A stretch of 61,204 bases of DNA, filler included, from Dugesia japonica (lineage: Eukaryota), in NCBI GenBank assembly GCA_001938525.1. It is 6 parts of 6 records of this genome, joined end to end, with 100 filler letters (N's around TTAATTAATTAA, not from the genome) between each part and the next. Parts side by side here need not be neighbours in the genome. Positions count along the whole stretch, not along the records: positions 31,003 to 41,265 come from MQRL01496713.1; positions 41,366 to 49,788 come from MQRL01299183.1; positions 49,889 to 61,204 come from MQRL01569564.1; 3 more parts are not named here. One strand, given 5' to 3'. The position numbers and the translations under genes are program-made. The notes under the pieces were generated by a model. The model was not told where the DNA came from, did not search any database, and saw nothing but the letters and a program-made list of their open reading frames with translations. Positions 39,401 to 55,000 of this stretch are shown one piece after another. Numbering within the stretch: the first letter of the stretch is position 1; every line of letters begins with the position of its first letter.

Positions 39401-42400
39401 GCCATGAATATCGAGGTGAAACGCGTTAAGAATTTTTTGAAGTTGTCATTAATGAATACATTAAATACATTAAAAAATTGTAATTTTTTTAAATTCATTT
39501 TTAATCGAGAATTACTTGTAATATTTATCTATTATTTTTATCTATCAAACAGAAATCCAAATTAATTTATTATTGCCAAGAGTTTCAATTAAAGATTTAA
39601 TATTATAAAATATTTAGGTACCATAATATTATCATTTTATTTTTTGTTATATTAATGTATATGATACGACTTTCTAATTTAAATTAAATTAATTTAATTA
39701 ATAATTTTCTTTGTTGATTACAAAAATAATATATTGTTGTCATTTATTTAAAAAACTTACAATTCAAAATATTTTTCATAATTAATAATTCAAAATCGAT
39801 TAAAAAAATATTTTGATTATTTATTTTACTAAATAAAATACTTTATCCATAATTAGCTTTCATATTATTATTTTCTAATTAAATCAAATAACATTTTATA
39901 TATGTTTAATCTATTGCAATATATTTAAAGATTACTTAATGATTTTACAATCTTAAAAATAATTATTTATGAATTATTTTAATTATCTATCTCATTTAAT
40001 TATAATAAAAAGACATTTTAATTACAAANAAATTGTTATATATTTAGAGATTATTTAATTAAATTTGCAAATTATTAAATCATTTAATAAATAACTTAAA
40101 GGTTATAAAATATTGTAAGTAAATCTTTATATATTTTAATGTAAAAATAAATTTCATACAAACGAAAAAATCAAATCAATAAAATAAACTACCTTGTTAA
40201 TTATTATTTGATTAGATTATTTGAAGGAAAGGTTTTACAAGAGTTGGCTTCAAGATTTCATATTTCGTGGATATTTACATCTCCCCATGAGCATAAGTNA
40301 AATGGTTTAGCAGAGCGCGCAATTAGAACTGTTAGAGATATGATAGTAACATCCTTGAAATCTGGAGGAGAGGAAAAGTGTTGAGATGAAATCCTTTCAA
40401 AAGTTGGGTTTTCATTTAATTACACGATATCAAAACCGACAGGATTCTCTCTGATGGAAGTTATCTATTGAAGGAAAATTAATATTCATTCAACGAAAGA
40501 ATTCAAAAGTAACCGTAAAGAAGTTCTAGAAAAGTCTGAAAGTAACCTAAACGAAGTTTCGAAAAAAATGATGAATCAAGAAGTAAATCAAGTTGAAAGG
40601 GAATTTAAAGTCAGAGATAAAGTTCTGGTAAAGAGAGATCCGGCAAAAGGAAAGAAAAATGATTATATATATGATGGGCCATTCGAAATGATGGAATTCA
40701 TATCACCTCGTCAAGTAAGATTGCAGAATGCAGAAGGTTAAAAATACAGACGTATAGAATGGCTGAAAAGGTGTTAACAATCTAGAAAAGACGGAAAAAT
40801 GGAAATAAATGAGACCTTGAAGTTTTGTTTGTATATTATAATGTAAATAAATATATTTTCAAAATTTAAGATGNNNNNNNNNNNNNNNNNNNNNNNNNNN
40901 NNNNNNNNNNNNNNNNNNNNNNNNNNNNNNNNNNNNNNNNNNNNNNNNNNNNNNNNNNNNNNNNNNNNNNNNNNNNNNNNNNNNNNNNNNNNNNNNNNNN
41001 NNNNNNNNNNNNNNNNNNNNNNNNNNNNNNNNNNNNAGCAATCGTATTTTAAATATTTATTCAACCAATTCAAAGTTAGATTTATTTGTTGTTGAAAATG
41101 AGTTTAATTCCAAAAAATTATGAAAGATTTATTGAATCTATCAAAATTAGTGATTTTACAGAAACAAAATCTAATTTTGTTATTGAGCATTTTAATAAGG
41201 AAGATGTAAATTATAAATTTATTTTATGATGTTTTCATACAAAATGATTTACAAAAATGTTTCATNNNNNNNNNNNNNNNNNNNNNNNNNNNNNNNNNNN
41301 NNNNNNNNNTTAATTAATTAANNNNNNNNNNNNNNNNNNNNNNNNNNNNNNNNNNNNNNNNNNNNCAGAGTTGATCGATTTTGAACAAACGAACATTTAT
41401 CTTTCCATTTATTTAATATATACAGAGTATGAGTGAATAGTACGCAATAATGACACTAATGAAATAATCTCTAAAGTTAAGCTAATATATATTGAATAAT
41501 GGCACCAGTTAAGACAGCTACAGACAAGTAACAACGGCTATTATTGTTGTCACCAAATAAATGTTAGTTAAATTCAATTATATATTCATCTTAATGGTAG
41601 TAATAGTTTATGCTGGGTAACTGTAATCATATGAATATATGTACTAATGATACCAAATTTATTTAAGTAATATAAGTAGTGTCCACAAAACACCATCACT
41701 CAGTGAAAAAATTTTCAACCAATAAAATTCTGAGCCATTTTGTTTGGTGTGGGGAAGAGCGAAGGGTGGCCAGTGTGTACACATCTTCCAACTGCTCGAC
41801 TTTATCGATTGTTGATATAAATCCTAATGAAACCAATTATTTTAAAAGTAAAATAAACTGTGGAATATACATAAGCGGGTTACTCACATTACGACTATCG
41901 CCATTTTGAGTATCAACATTTTAAAGTAGTCTCTATTTTTGTCGTATATCAAATATATATTATCAGTTTACAGCACATATTTGATTTAGATCTACAAAAA
42001 AACGATGATGAAATTCAGAAAATATTAAAGGACAAAATAGGTTTACAAAATGAATGTCAAGGTTAATTTTCTTAATGCCATGTAAAAGTAAAATGTTTAA
42101 TTCAGAATTGAAGAGAACACTTCAAAATACAAATGATAAGCTGGTGTATGAAAATATAATTAATGGTAATTTTTTTTATTGTTTCTAGTACGTAGGGAAT
42201 TTTTGTAATTATTATTTTCTATAAAAGTATGGGAAAATCATGCAAAATGGGTATTTCTGGATGTAAAATTACGATTTCAGTGTTTTGATCTTTAGTTTGA
42301 TGCTTTTAGTAAATAAAATTGTGTTTTCATGTATTTTCTATTCAATTATCATGTTTTCATAGTGGGACATAACGTTTTAACGACCCTTTACTTGTTAATT

Positions 42401-45400
42401 CAAATTAAAAAGAACAATTATTCTAAAACAATCCTCAGCCATCAGCAGAATATTTGTGTCCTAATGAAAACCTATGAAAAAACTTCCTTCAATTTCGCTC
42501 CATGCATTTTTTGAATTTTAATTATCTAAAACATTAAAGTAAGTTGAGAACACTTTTATATTATTAAATAAAACATTTTCAATAATCCTAGAGAAAAATA
42601 CTAGTAGGAAGATTTGTCAAATAATATGGTGCAAAATATTAAGAAATTTTTATAGTTCATACTTTGATATGAATAATAAAATTATAGCGAATCAAATTGG
42701 CGTATCGATAAGAAAATTTAATTAGAGTTTACGCACAAATTATATAAAAGAAATAACCGAAACTTTATTCTAATTGTATCGGAATTTAATTCGAAAAAAA
42801 GAATTATAAATGTTATTGAATATTAAATTAATGAAAAAATAGTTTGAAATTATTGCAGCTTTATGCTCAAATTGAGCTTCAATACCATTTAATGAGAGAT
42901 AAATTATAATTCCAACTCCTAATGCACACGAATCTGAAAATAATAATTGTGAGGATTTGTAGTTAATTATATTATTTTAATTTTTCATAAATTGTAATTA
43001 AATTTGTATTGGTACGTATAGAAAGAGTATTGACAGGTAATTCTTCAATTGATAATTTATCTTCAAAATCCGAACAATTAATTTCAAACAATTTATTTCA
43101 AAAATCACAAGTCAATAAATATTATAAATTTTTCTGAAATGGAAACTAAAAAATCATTTAACTTAATTTCAACAATTTCTAAAGGTTGAAATTTTTTAAT
43201 TATTTAATATTTCCTTATATCTCCGTTTTTAAGAACTTTCTAAGTTTTTCCACATTTCTCTCCAATCTATTTACATTTCCTCCTTGTACTGCATACCGTC
43301 TTTAGTGAATTTTCTCAATTATTTGATAAGGTCCTTCAAATCTGTCTTGAATTTTATTTCTTTTTTCTACATTGATGAGGACATAGTCGTCTACTTTGAA
43401 TTCTCTATTTGCAGTCACTTTTAAAATGTTTTCTTTAGTGCTTCCTGGCTCGTACCACGTTTCTCTGCTAATTTTCTTTCATCTTATGCTATATTGCGTT
43501 CATTGTAAATTATATTTCCGGTTAAAGATCTGCCCAATCTGTTGTCTTTTTTTCCTTAAGTGTTGCATTAATTAAATCGCGAATTTTCCTGAACTGTCTC
43601 TCAATTTTTCCGGTTGCATTATGATGATAAGGACTCGAAAACCCAGCTTAATGTCTAACTTCTGTGTAAACTCTCTCATATCTCTGGATTCGAAGGCGTT
43701 ACTAAAATTTAGTTTTATTTCTCTTGGATATCAAAATCTCAAAATCCACTGCTCCAAAATAGCTTTTCGTATTGTTTCCTCGTCTTGTCTATGTTTAATT
43801 GATCCTCTTTTTCCTTTTCAATTATGTTCAGTATTCTTGTTTTAATCTTCGCTTTCATGGCATCTTCATGTGACATTTGACATTGTACACATACAATTCA
43901 TCTTGGTCCAGATATCATATCTGCATGTTGAATTTATTTTCTATATTCCAACGCCATGTCTAAACTACTCAGTTAATTAATTCATGTCTGGAATTGCGAT
44001 GTAAATGGTTTTGTTTTCGTCATCATTAAAGTTATTGCTTTAAGATTTGTCCTTAGAGTAAATCTTCTATCGTACAAGCAATGTTTGAAATGCATGCATA
44101 AATAATAAACAACCAATAACTCTTTTCATGTGATGCAATATCTCATTTCATTGAGTGTGATCCATAGGTAACAACTCTTTCTCTGCCTTCTTTCTCTCTC
44201 TGTGACAATACTGCGCCAATTGTATCAAAATTGGCATTTATATCTAAAATAAATTCTCTGTTTATGTCTGGAAAACACAATATTGGCGCAGACATTAGAG
44301 CTTTCTTCAAACCCTCAAAAGTTTCGATTATTCCATCTGTCCATTGTTGCTTGGTTCTCTACACAACTGTTCTAAGATCCTTGATTTTCTGTCGTAGTTT
44401 TCTATAAACTTCCTGTAGTAATTACAAATTTCTAAGAAAATTCACAACTTCTTCAAGCAGTTAAGCCTGCCAAAGTTCTTATTGCTTCTATTTTAGACGG
44501 ATCAGTTCTGACACCATTCCTGCTAATTAAGTATCCAAGAAATTTCATTACGTTTTGTAGAAACTTGTAGAATTCTCAAGCCAGTCTTCACTATTTCAGC
44601 CAATACTCTTTTCAATTGGTATATAGAATTAAGTGAATTTGCAATTAAATGGAATTCATATAATATTGATTTTTAGAAAATTGGTTTTCGTTTATTTATT
44701 CAGATTCCTTGGGTGAATTTTTATAAAGACAAGTTACCTATTGTAAATTTATTATTATTTTTAATTTTTATTGAAAATGTATTAAAACATTTTTTATTAA
44801 TCTACAACAGTTTATTTATATAGATTTTATTTTTATTAATAAATCTTTGATTATGGATAATTCGGCATTTGATGTTACACTAGTTTCTAACAATAAAAAA
44901 AGTATTGAAGATCAAAATGAAATAATAGAATTAATTTTTTTAAACTTCAATTGAAAACTAAAAAACTCCAAAAAAAAATTATACTTAAAGTAAAGTTCTA
45001 GAATTATCATTGTAAAAATAAAATGATAGAAGTAAAGCATGTTACTTAACAATGAATATATGCAAATATATACCAAAATTATCAAAAATATATTAATACT
45101 AAAAATATATTTAATAATAACACCATGAAAAAGAAAATGAAGCATTATTGGGTGGCCAAACCACTGCCCACGTAAGCTTGTTAAATATTCTTAAAATAAT
45201 TTGGAAATAACGCTTAAATACATTGTTATGCAGTATTTTCTCTTAATTTCTAAAATCAACCCAGATATTGACAAATTAGTCTCATGTAGCCAAGTTCACA
45301 AGTCTTAAATTGAAAATTTTGCCCGATGAGTTTTTTTTCTAAATTATTTTGCCCGATCTTAAAAAGTCTAGTCACCTCTGTAATAGATTAGTGTATGGAT

Positions 45401-48400
45401 TAAATTAAAAATAATTACATTATAAAAATAGATAATTATAAAAACTAAAATCAGAAAAAAATTATACAATTATACACAAACAAAAACCAATACCAGTTAA
45501 AATGCTTTTGGTATTGGTTTTGTGGTAACACTATTATTATTTTGGCAATAATAATTCTAAATTAACAATTTGGAATAATTTATTATTTACAAACAACTTT
45601 TCGAGCCATAATAATTCAAAATGATAAATCAAGTCGCCCATAGAAAATGAATTTATAGAAAGTAACTACAGCAGAACCCCGGTTGAACGAATTTCTGGGG
45701 AAGCGAAATGTTTTTCGTTAAAGCGGGGCTTTGCTTAAAATGAATGAAAACCCCATAAAATTGTGTTTTATAATAAATATACACTCTTTCAATATGAAAA
45801 TTCTACTTGATAAAAGGCTTGATTCAAATATATTGTTAAAGAATATTTGAAATTGCCTAAATATTCAAGTAACATCTGAATATTAGACATAGTAAATTTA
45901 AACTTCTCGGTGATTGAATTTATTTACATGAAATCAAAACATTGGAATCATTCCATAATTTTTTCAACCACCACTAAAGTATAATTCCACGGCTTTCGAA
46001 TTTCAAAACAACGCTGGCGATAACCAAATATGATACAAATTCATCAACGTTTGACTTAAGACGCATGGCTTGTCTTTTGGGGTGTTACTATGATAGCATG
46101 CTGAACTACAGTTGTATGCCAAATTTCAAAAGAGGATGTAATAAAATATTGCAAAATAGACAAAATAAATAATGTGATTGCATAATTGGTTGATCATTGA
46201 AAAATTATGTTATATAATTTAATCTATCAACGTTTGATGTTTTCTTCAAAACAACAGAATCAGTATTTCAAACAAAGCACAATTTGACTCCAAATAACTT
46301 CATCAAATCCACACCGCCAATAAAATTAAGTTGCAGATTTTTTACAACAAATTTTTCTGCTTTGCAGGTTCTTCCCTTCAAAAAACTGTTTGCTTTGAAC
46401 ATCTCCAAAGATTTTCTCCTCCCGATGCAAACAAACCGTTTATTAATGCTTGAAAATAATTTGTCACTTTGAACTTTTCTCCATGTTTCTTCATTAACTA
46501 CTGTTACTGATGCTCCGGAATCCAACAACAATCTGATCTCCACGTTTAGATTTTCATCAAACTGTATTGCTTACCCTCTGCATTTTAATACATCACAGCA
46601 TCTTTTTTATTCTGATTTTCGAACTTGTTATTGACTGAACTTTACATAGGAAACATATTTTACAGGGTCCGTCTAGTTTTTTCTTTGTTTAAATTCATAG
46701 TTTGAACAATTTTTCTGGTTTATATTATCTGATTATTCGTGAATTCACATCACTTATCTTCACGAGGGCTTTAATGTTGTCTCCAGCAGTGGGCAAAACT
46801 GACAATATTCTCATTTTTACCAAAAATCAATTAATTGATTATCAGTAGTAGGGTTTATTCTCCACCGCAACAGAAACATTGGCCAGATCGAAGAAATTTA
46901 TTTTTAGGTGCTGAAATATTTTTAAAGAACCTTATTAAGTATTAACAGAAAGTTGGTTTAATTACAGGTGAAAGAATTTGAGCTGAGAGACTATCTTCAA
47001 ATAAAAAAACTGATTTCTTTCAAATTGTGAATACAGAAATAAAGGCTACCCAAAATAAAATTTTATCAAAATATTATTCTTCCAATATAAAATATAATAA
47101 AATCTAATCAAAATCAAACCCAGTTTCAAATTCAAACACAATCCAATAATTATTTTCAAAACGCAAGCACCATTGGGCATCCAATTACAGAAACCACGAG
47201 AAACGTTTGTGGCGATTAGTTAAAACGAAAATATTTTATCGCAAAAACATTCAAATTAATATTGCCCACCAGAAATTCCCAGCGAAAAATTCAATATAGA
47301 AAATTAGAATTATTATCAAAAACAATTATTATTAAACTATTATTAACGTAAACCGAAGTCGAGTAATTATTTCTTTACATTAGTAGAAATTGAGTAATTT
47401 TTTCAGTGATTCACTAGATCTCGAAGAAAGTTTTCGAATATTAACGAGATGTCAAAGAAAATTTTCAAACTTAAAATTTATAAGTTTACTTCTTTTTATT
47501 CTTAGAAATATTATCAGTTAAAATTTGTAAACTTAGTTGTAAACTTATTTATTTTTACTTATAAACAATTTTTTCATTTAGTTGAAACGAAAATATTTCG
47601 AAAATACATTAAAATTAATGTTGATCTCCATAGATTCCCGGCAAAAAAATTCAAATTCAAATAACCGGATAAAAATGAAAATTTGCAACTAGCCAAATAT
47701 GATACACCCACACACTTACAGCATCAGACAATAAATGTCTCATCGCTCAATTAAAGATCTACATACATACATGGAAATCATACACATGCATGAATAGAAA
47801 AGCGAATTTTCTTGCATTCTGCATGGTGGATACTATACCACGCGGATCTATTTACTTTTAAATTTTATTTGAATAAATGTTTATTTACTAAATAGTTATA
47901 TGGAAGTAAACGTACAGTGCAAAATATGCTTTCCTTAGAATATACTTGTAAATAATATGATATTTTTACGAGTCAAATGACAGTTCGTGTAAAGCAAGAC
48001 AAAGTACAAACTTTTTGCAGAAAATAACCGAAAAGAAAAGTTCTGAGTATTACATAATGAAATGCAAGTATGTTATAAAGAGTCTATTCAAATTTTGTAT
48101 GTGAAGCAAATTCAATTTTTTTCATTAAAAAGTCATTTGATTGCGCGCGGTAGATTTAGAGTTGTTTTAAATGCATTAAAATTTATTAAACTATTTGTTT
48201 CATCTGGGGTTTTTATTCTCCAGGAGTCTCTCACTTTTTCTATTTATAGAAACATAAAACGATTGTAGCATTCTCTTATTATTTTGTATTCAAATGATAC
48301 AGTATTTAATAGAATTGAATTCAACACATTTACTTTTTTAATATAGTAGTTTCAAATATCCTTGTCACTCCTTCGTTTTATTATCTAATTATTTTCCAAT

Positions 48401-50103
48401 ATAATACCCATAGTTCTAAAAATTACAGTTAACTTTGTAATTCCTATAATAAAAGTAAGATAAATTATACCAATTTTAGTTTTGTTGAATGATCTAATAA
48501 CATTTAACTCACCAGTGCAGATATTTGACTTGGATTACGATTTGATTCTATTACAAATGTAGCCTATTTAAATAGATTTAAGAAGTACTTAAGTTCAAAT
48601 ATAGCAACTAAAATTTTGATTGAGAAATGAAACGATTAGAATTTATTGCTGTTATGCTGTACATTAAAAAAAACGATCCGGCAATTAATAATTCATTTAA
48701 TAATGATTATTAAAATTTACAAAATTTCGATTTCAATTTAATTAAGTATATACACTAAATATATAAATATATACACTAAACTATATTCATAATTTCTTCC
48801 ATATTCAAAGCTTTAGCATACAGCACCTGTTGATGTATAATACAATGATATTGTAAGAAATCGAGAAAATCTTCATCATTTCTACACAGTGTGACAAAAC
48901 CATTACGACAACCTGTCATAGCTGTTGCTCTGTCCGTGGTAATTGACACCATTTTATAGAGTGGCAATTTTACAATATTAGTGAAGGTTTTAAAACTTGT
49001 AATAAATCTTCACCTCTCGTATTACCTTTTATTGGAATGATTATTAATATTTCTTTTTTTCATAAAATCTTTGAAAACCATTCTAATAAAAACAAACATT
49101 TGAGAAATATCAACTGCGTCAGTAGACTCGTCCAACTTGAAAAAGTTTTACAATCGTTAATCTTTCATTAGTTGTTCTTTTAAATTCGAACTTATTTGGT
49201 CCACTCGTATTTTTGCAACTGTATTGTACATCGTTGAAGACAGAAACTATTATTGATTTATTTTTGAAATCAGATAATAAAGAGTCAGCCGCTTCTAAAA
49301 ATGCAGTTTTAAAAATTGCACCATCACTAAATGGTTTCTTATTTTTAATAAGGACATGACATACTCGCAAAGAATCAATTGTAGCTGACTTTGATTTTAA
49401 GGTTTCTTTATTGAAAATTAATTGTTGGGCTGATAGACACGATTTAAGTTCTTTAATTTTAGCATTCCGTAATTCACTTTTCTGGGGATAATTAATTATA
49501 TATGCATCGTTTTGAAATGTGGTTCTAAATTTCCTTTTTTTGGTAACGAAACACTATTGTTACAAATTAAACAACAACATTTGTTGTTTATCATAATAAA
49601 TACATAATCATGCTCCCAATTTTCATTATGGTGATAAATTTTTATCATTTTAGATATATTCATGGTAGATAAAACAATAAAAAAAATAATGTTAAAATTT
49701 GATTATTTAAAAGAATAACTTAACTTTTATTGTAAAAACTTATTTAATATAATATTTAACTTCGATTGTAAAAACTATTTAAAATAATNNNNNNNNNNNN
49801 NNNNNNNNNNNNNNNNNNNNNNNNNNNNNNNNTTAATTAATTAANNNNNNNNNNNNNNNNNNNNNNNNNNNNNNNNNNNNNNNNNNNNTTTTAGACTTAA
49901 AAAATATTTTTAATAAATATAATAAATTTGTTTAAATTTGTTATTTATTCAAAAATATAAATTGGAAAACGCAAGTTTTGAAAGAAGGGTTCAAAAAGAA
50001 AGAAGAATTTCAAAGAAGAATTAATTGTAATTGAAATAAATTATTGAATTAGAAGTCTTGTTTTAATTGATTTAAATGAAGAAGAAATCAAATAAAACTA
50101 ACA

Positions 50104-50157
<54 letters not shown>

Positions 50158-50207
50158 NNNNNNNNNNNNNNNNNNNNNNNNNNNNNNNNNNNNNNNNNNN
50201 NNNNNNN

Positions 50208-50264
<57 letters not shown>

Positions 50265-51803
50265 TTATTATTATTACTATTGTTATTATACTTTTATAAT
50301 TTTCCTTATCAGCCCTCAGAGAAATAAATTGAATTAAACGCTTTGTTGAATAATATAATCATTTGATGATAAGAGGAAAATCTATCTAGTTTAATGCAAT
50401 TTATTCACATAAATCAATTTACTAGAATTGTTGTTATAATTGTTTGAAAATTTTCCCATATTTTATTGAATGTCTCTTGAGCATCTTGACAGGAAAGATA
50501 TAGATTTTTCTAGAAATTTTATGTTACTTTTAATCATTGTTTTCTTCAAACTCCAACAAATTTTCACTACTGAAACAATTTCAATAAAACAATTATTTTT
50601 TAAATATTTTTATTTAATTAAAAAATAATCAAAAAACAAAGGCAATTTTTAAATATAAAGTTTTAAATGCCATTTTAAAATATATTTTACTAAAAGTGTT
50701 ATAACTTAAAACTCTCCTAAAAATCTGATTTTTCATTACCTAATCAATTATGTAATCTCTTCAACAAATTAAATTCAAAGCGTAACATCTACTTAATTAT
50801 TAAAATTTAGAAAGATATCGTCCACATAGATTTTTTATACTACTAGTTTATTTCTAGTAAAAAAATCAATATTTTTTCTTAAGATGCAAAATAAACACAG
50901 AGGCCAAAGTATAAGCAGGAGGTGAACTAACAGATCAATTTTACGAGCTTGTTTTACCATTTATCATTAAACGAAAATGTACATTTTACGTAGTAAAATT
51001 CATTAGTTTCCTAATAACAGTGACACCTAGCAAATCATGCTCAGCCAAGTTTCTTTCCTTTAATTTACCACAAAGATTAATAGTTTCGACTAACAGAACA
51101 TTTGTAAATAAACTGACAATATTCAGCATGACTACCATCTTCAAAATTAGAAATAAAATTACATAAATCAAAACTATACTTAAATTCGTATTTGGAATCA
51201 ATCAAAGACTAAATTATGTTATTTAAAAGTTAGCCAGATTCCACTAAGTTGCGTGAATCATAGATAACGCAGGTCTCATACGAACATTACTCTTATAGAC
51301 ATTAAGGAGACTAACCAACTTAGCTGGCTGCAACTAAATAACTTTAAAACCTTTATAAAATTCAGGGTCAAAATGTTTATTAGTGATTAAATATTTTAAA
51401 GAAGAATTCAAACTTTCTTCGTATTTAATAAGAGGCAAGTTACCATTTTATCGAAATTTATTAACGTTAAAAAATTGCGGTCCTTTCAAAATATCTTCTA
51501 CTCTTGCTTATGTAATGAATATCATTGAAAATTACATTTAACAGATCTTCAAAGTTAATTGTTTTTTTGTAAGATTTTTTATAATATTAAAATCATAATT
51601 ACTTTGTTAAAAATTTTAGTAATTATGATTTTGAGAATTATAATCAACATTTCCATTACCAAATTTAGGAAAATAATAATTCAAAAATGAATCAATTTTA
51701 GATTGAAATTGAAATTTCTCAATTCTTTTCCTAATACAAAATTTAGGTCCAAATTTTATTAACTAATTAAATTTGATATAATAATAATTATAACAATAAT
51801 ACA

Positions 51804-51841
<38 letters not shown>

Positions 51842-52014
51842 NNNNNNNNNNNNNNNNNNNNNNNNNNNNNNNNNNNNNNNNNNNNNNNNNNNNNNNNNNN
51901 NNNNNNNNNNNNNNNNNNNNNNNNNNNNNNNNNNNNNNNNNNNNNNNNNNNNNNNNNNNNNNNNNNNNNNNNNNNNNNNNNNNNNNNNNNNNNNNNNNNN
52001 NNNNNNNNNNNNNN

Positions 52015-52062
<48 letters not shown>

Positions 52063-55000
52063 TTAACAATAATAATAATAATGATAATTTCAGATTGTTT
52101 CTGAAAGACAACGCGGGAAAATTCTTGAGGCGGCTCTCACTAATTCCAACTGTAAACTATTGGACGCAGAAAGTCATATCATCGAATTGAAAAAGCGTCT
52201 TTCTCAAAAATCTAATGAACTCAACAAAGCCATGGAAAGTCTTGAAATTATTAAACGAAATCTTGATCATCAAAATCAAAAATCAATTCATCTTGAGAAA
52301 ACTATTCAGTCATTGAAAATAATTACAAATGAACGCAATAGAGAATGTGAAATAAGAAATCAATCAACTCAGGTAAATTATTTTATTTGTTTTAATTATT
52401 TTATTATTTTAATAATTTTAATAATTATTTTATTTATTTTCAATTTTTTGGAAAAACGAAAGAATAAATTATAAAATTATTTCATAATAAACTTGTTTAA
52501 TTTGATGATTACGTAATAACTGCAAATCATGAGAATATCAAAACATTAAGAAAATATTTATATTTCACAAGTTTGTTACAAATAAGCAATATTGTAAAAA
52601 ACAATATTAATTATTTCTTTTGTTTCTTTTCAATCTGTCACGTAAAATTAACATCGAACTCACTAAAACATGAGACTTGTTATGTGTAACGTGATTTCTC
52701 GTAATATCAAGTATCATAACTTTTAACCTCGAATATTTATCGGTTGAATCTTTAAAATGAATTTCTCATGCTTTTCATTAATCACAAATAATTTTTTTTT
52801 AAATTTTTTTTATATTTTGTTTTAATTTAATTGATTAATTACACTTATTATGATTGATAAAAACTCTACTTTAATAGTATAGTTATTATTAGTATTACTG
52901 TACTAATGAATAACTGACTATCTTTAATTTTATTTCTATTGATCAAATTTTAACATCATTTTCTTGTTGAGAAATGTTTACAGGTTCCCTATTTACCCTG
53001 TTCACCTTTGATGTTTCCCCGCCTTCTTGATCTTTCAACCATGCTGATAAAAACTTTTGTTTATTAGATAAGTTTGGCGTACTCATCGGATTATTCATAT
53101 GAAAATTCAACTACATAGGAACAACCATTTCACGGATATTTCACTGGACTAAGGAGATATAAATGATATAGTTATATAAAAGATAAAATAATAAGAAAAC
53201 ATTTCAAAAGTACACAATTATTATTTATCTATATCTCAATTTTGTAGGTTTTTTATTATTATAAAGTGAAAAATATAAAAGAAATATGAAGTTCCCAACT
53301 TTTGATTTCAAAAATTGGAATTGAAAAAATAAATTAACTAACTTGAAATATTCATTTAAAATAAATGCTTCGATCAAAATCTTTTTATTGATATTTGATA
53401 ACAATTCTAACAATATCGAATTGTTATTAAATATCAATAATAAAAAAACAAAAAATTTTGATCGAAGCTTTTCGTTTAAATGAATTCAATAAAACGATCA
53501 ATGGTTATGCCCAAATATTATTCTCGCAATAATTGCAATTGTATAACTTGAAAAAGATAAATATGGATAGTACACTAGAGAGACATATCCTCACCAGTGT
53601 TCTCTTTAATCTTCTGTTCAAGACCCGTGAAATATTCGATTACCTAAACAAATACTATTAAAATCACAAAGTAGCTCAAAAAATCTTCAGAACAATATTT
53701 ACGGTCGACAAAAAATATTTTGCACACATCTAGTATTATTTTTTAGGGGGAACGTTGGTTGCAATCAAGAATTAAATATAATAAATAATAAATTTTTATT
53801 TCAATTTATTTTTTCTATTAAAGATTTTATTTAAAATGTAAAATAAAATTGTTCTTTAATATTTATTGAATATAAATATCTTGATAATAAATATTTTTTT
53901 ATTTCATCTATAGATATCCTTCAACGGAATAGCCAAGATTGGATGAGAAGGCAGACAAATCGTAAAAAAATAAATTTTCATAGACAGCAAAAATAACATG
54001 TTTTTTTATTAAAATCAGTTGAAATACAATAAAGGTACAAATCAAGACTTCTATTGGATTTGTGAAATTTACCGAGAAACTCGTTGAAATAAACATCGAT
54101 ATCTGTATAAAAACTAAGGAACATAAGACCATCCAATCTATCCTTGCGCGTAGTGTTTCGATCATGGTGTTTAAAGTCATCATTAAATCATGATTAGATA
54201 ACTAGGGCCCACGATTTACCGCGGCGCGCGGAATTCGCTGATTTTACAACGGCGCTGCGGAATTGTGTAATTCAACTTTTTAATTATGTAATACGTGTAA
54301 GAAATTTAGTGATCACTGATCATATAGTTTAATATCAATCTATATATAAATCTGAAATTTCTATTTAATCATTAACCAAGAGTTCCATCTTGTGATTACT
54401 GGAGTCGGTGGCATGATTGCCTTTTCGACATTCATTTGTCGCAGATGATGAAGATATCTAGCACGGTGTTCTGGTGCTTTGCAGAAGATCGCCTTGACAG
54501 AAGCAGTCAGCATATTAGAAAGTTCAAGTGCTTCATGAAACTCTTCTCCAACTAATGACAAAATATGCGCCTAACATGTTTTATGAACGACATTTGGCAC
54601 CATTCTCACAAATGGTGCTGAAAACATTTTTTCACACTCAGTTCACACTCACCTCAATTATAGTTCGGATAACTACCTGTGCTATGCTGGTATTGTTCAC
54701 TTCTGTTAAGAAATTTGTATTAACTAACACTGTTATGCATTCATCTGGTTTAAGAGCGTTGAGTGGTTGAAAAAGCACATTCACAATATAACGTCCAACA
54801 ACATCACTTGTTTCATCAGCTATAATCGCCATTTTCTGTCCGGCTAATTTTATTATTATATTAACGTGATTTTGTTTTTAAATTCTTAGAACATATAATT
54901 CCCTAAGCGTATTTGCTTGTGCTATCCCACCACCGCCCTTTACGTTCTTCTGTATGAAATTGTGCAATATAGGGTTGTTAAGTTTCTCCAGAGGTATATT

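Noticed and set aside
40774-41095. ORFs made mostly of X
   Set aside because: They span an assembly gap.
45147-45740. hAT-like (ggtggccaaac) and pogo/Tigger-like (cagcagaaccccg) termini; also ctgtggttctcaac near 60973
   Set aside because: Short degraded end-like motifs without convincing partner ends or TSDs.
12853-49844. Identical palindromic TTAATTAATTAA flanked by N runs at 12853, 21113, 30947, 41310 and 49833
   Set aside because: Artificial scaffolding linker (stops in all frames, symmetrical N padding); not biological and not a CRISPR-like repeat.
50076-52111. Poly-Tyr/poly-Leu ORFs (50076-50327, 51788-52111), and similarly 59579-59821
   Set aside because: Translations of microsatellites and N gaps.
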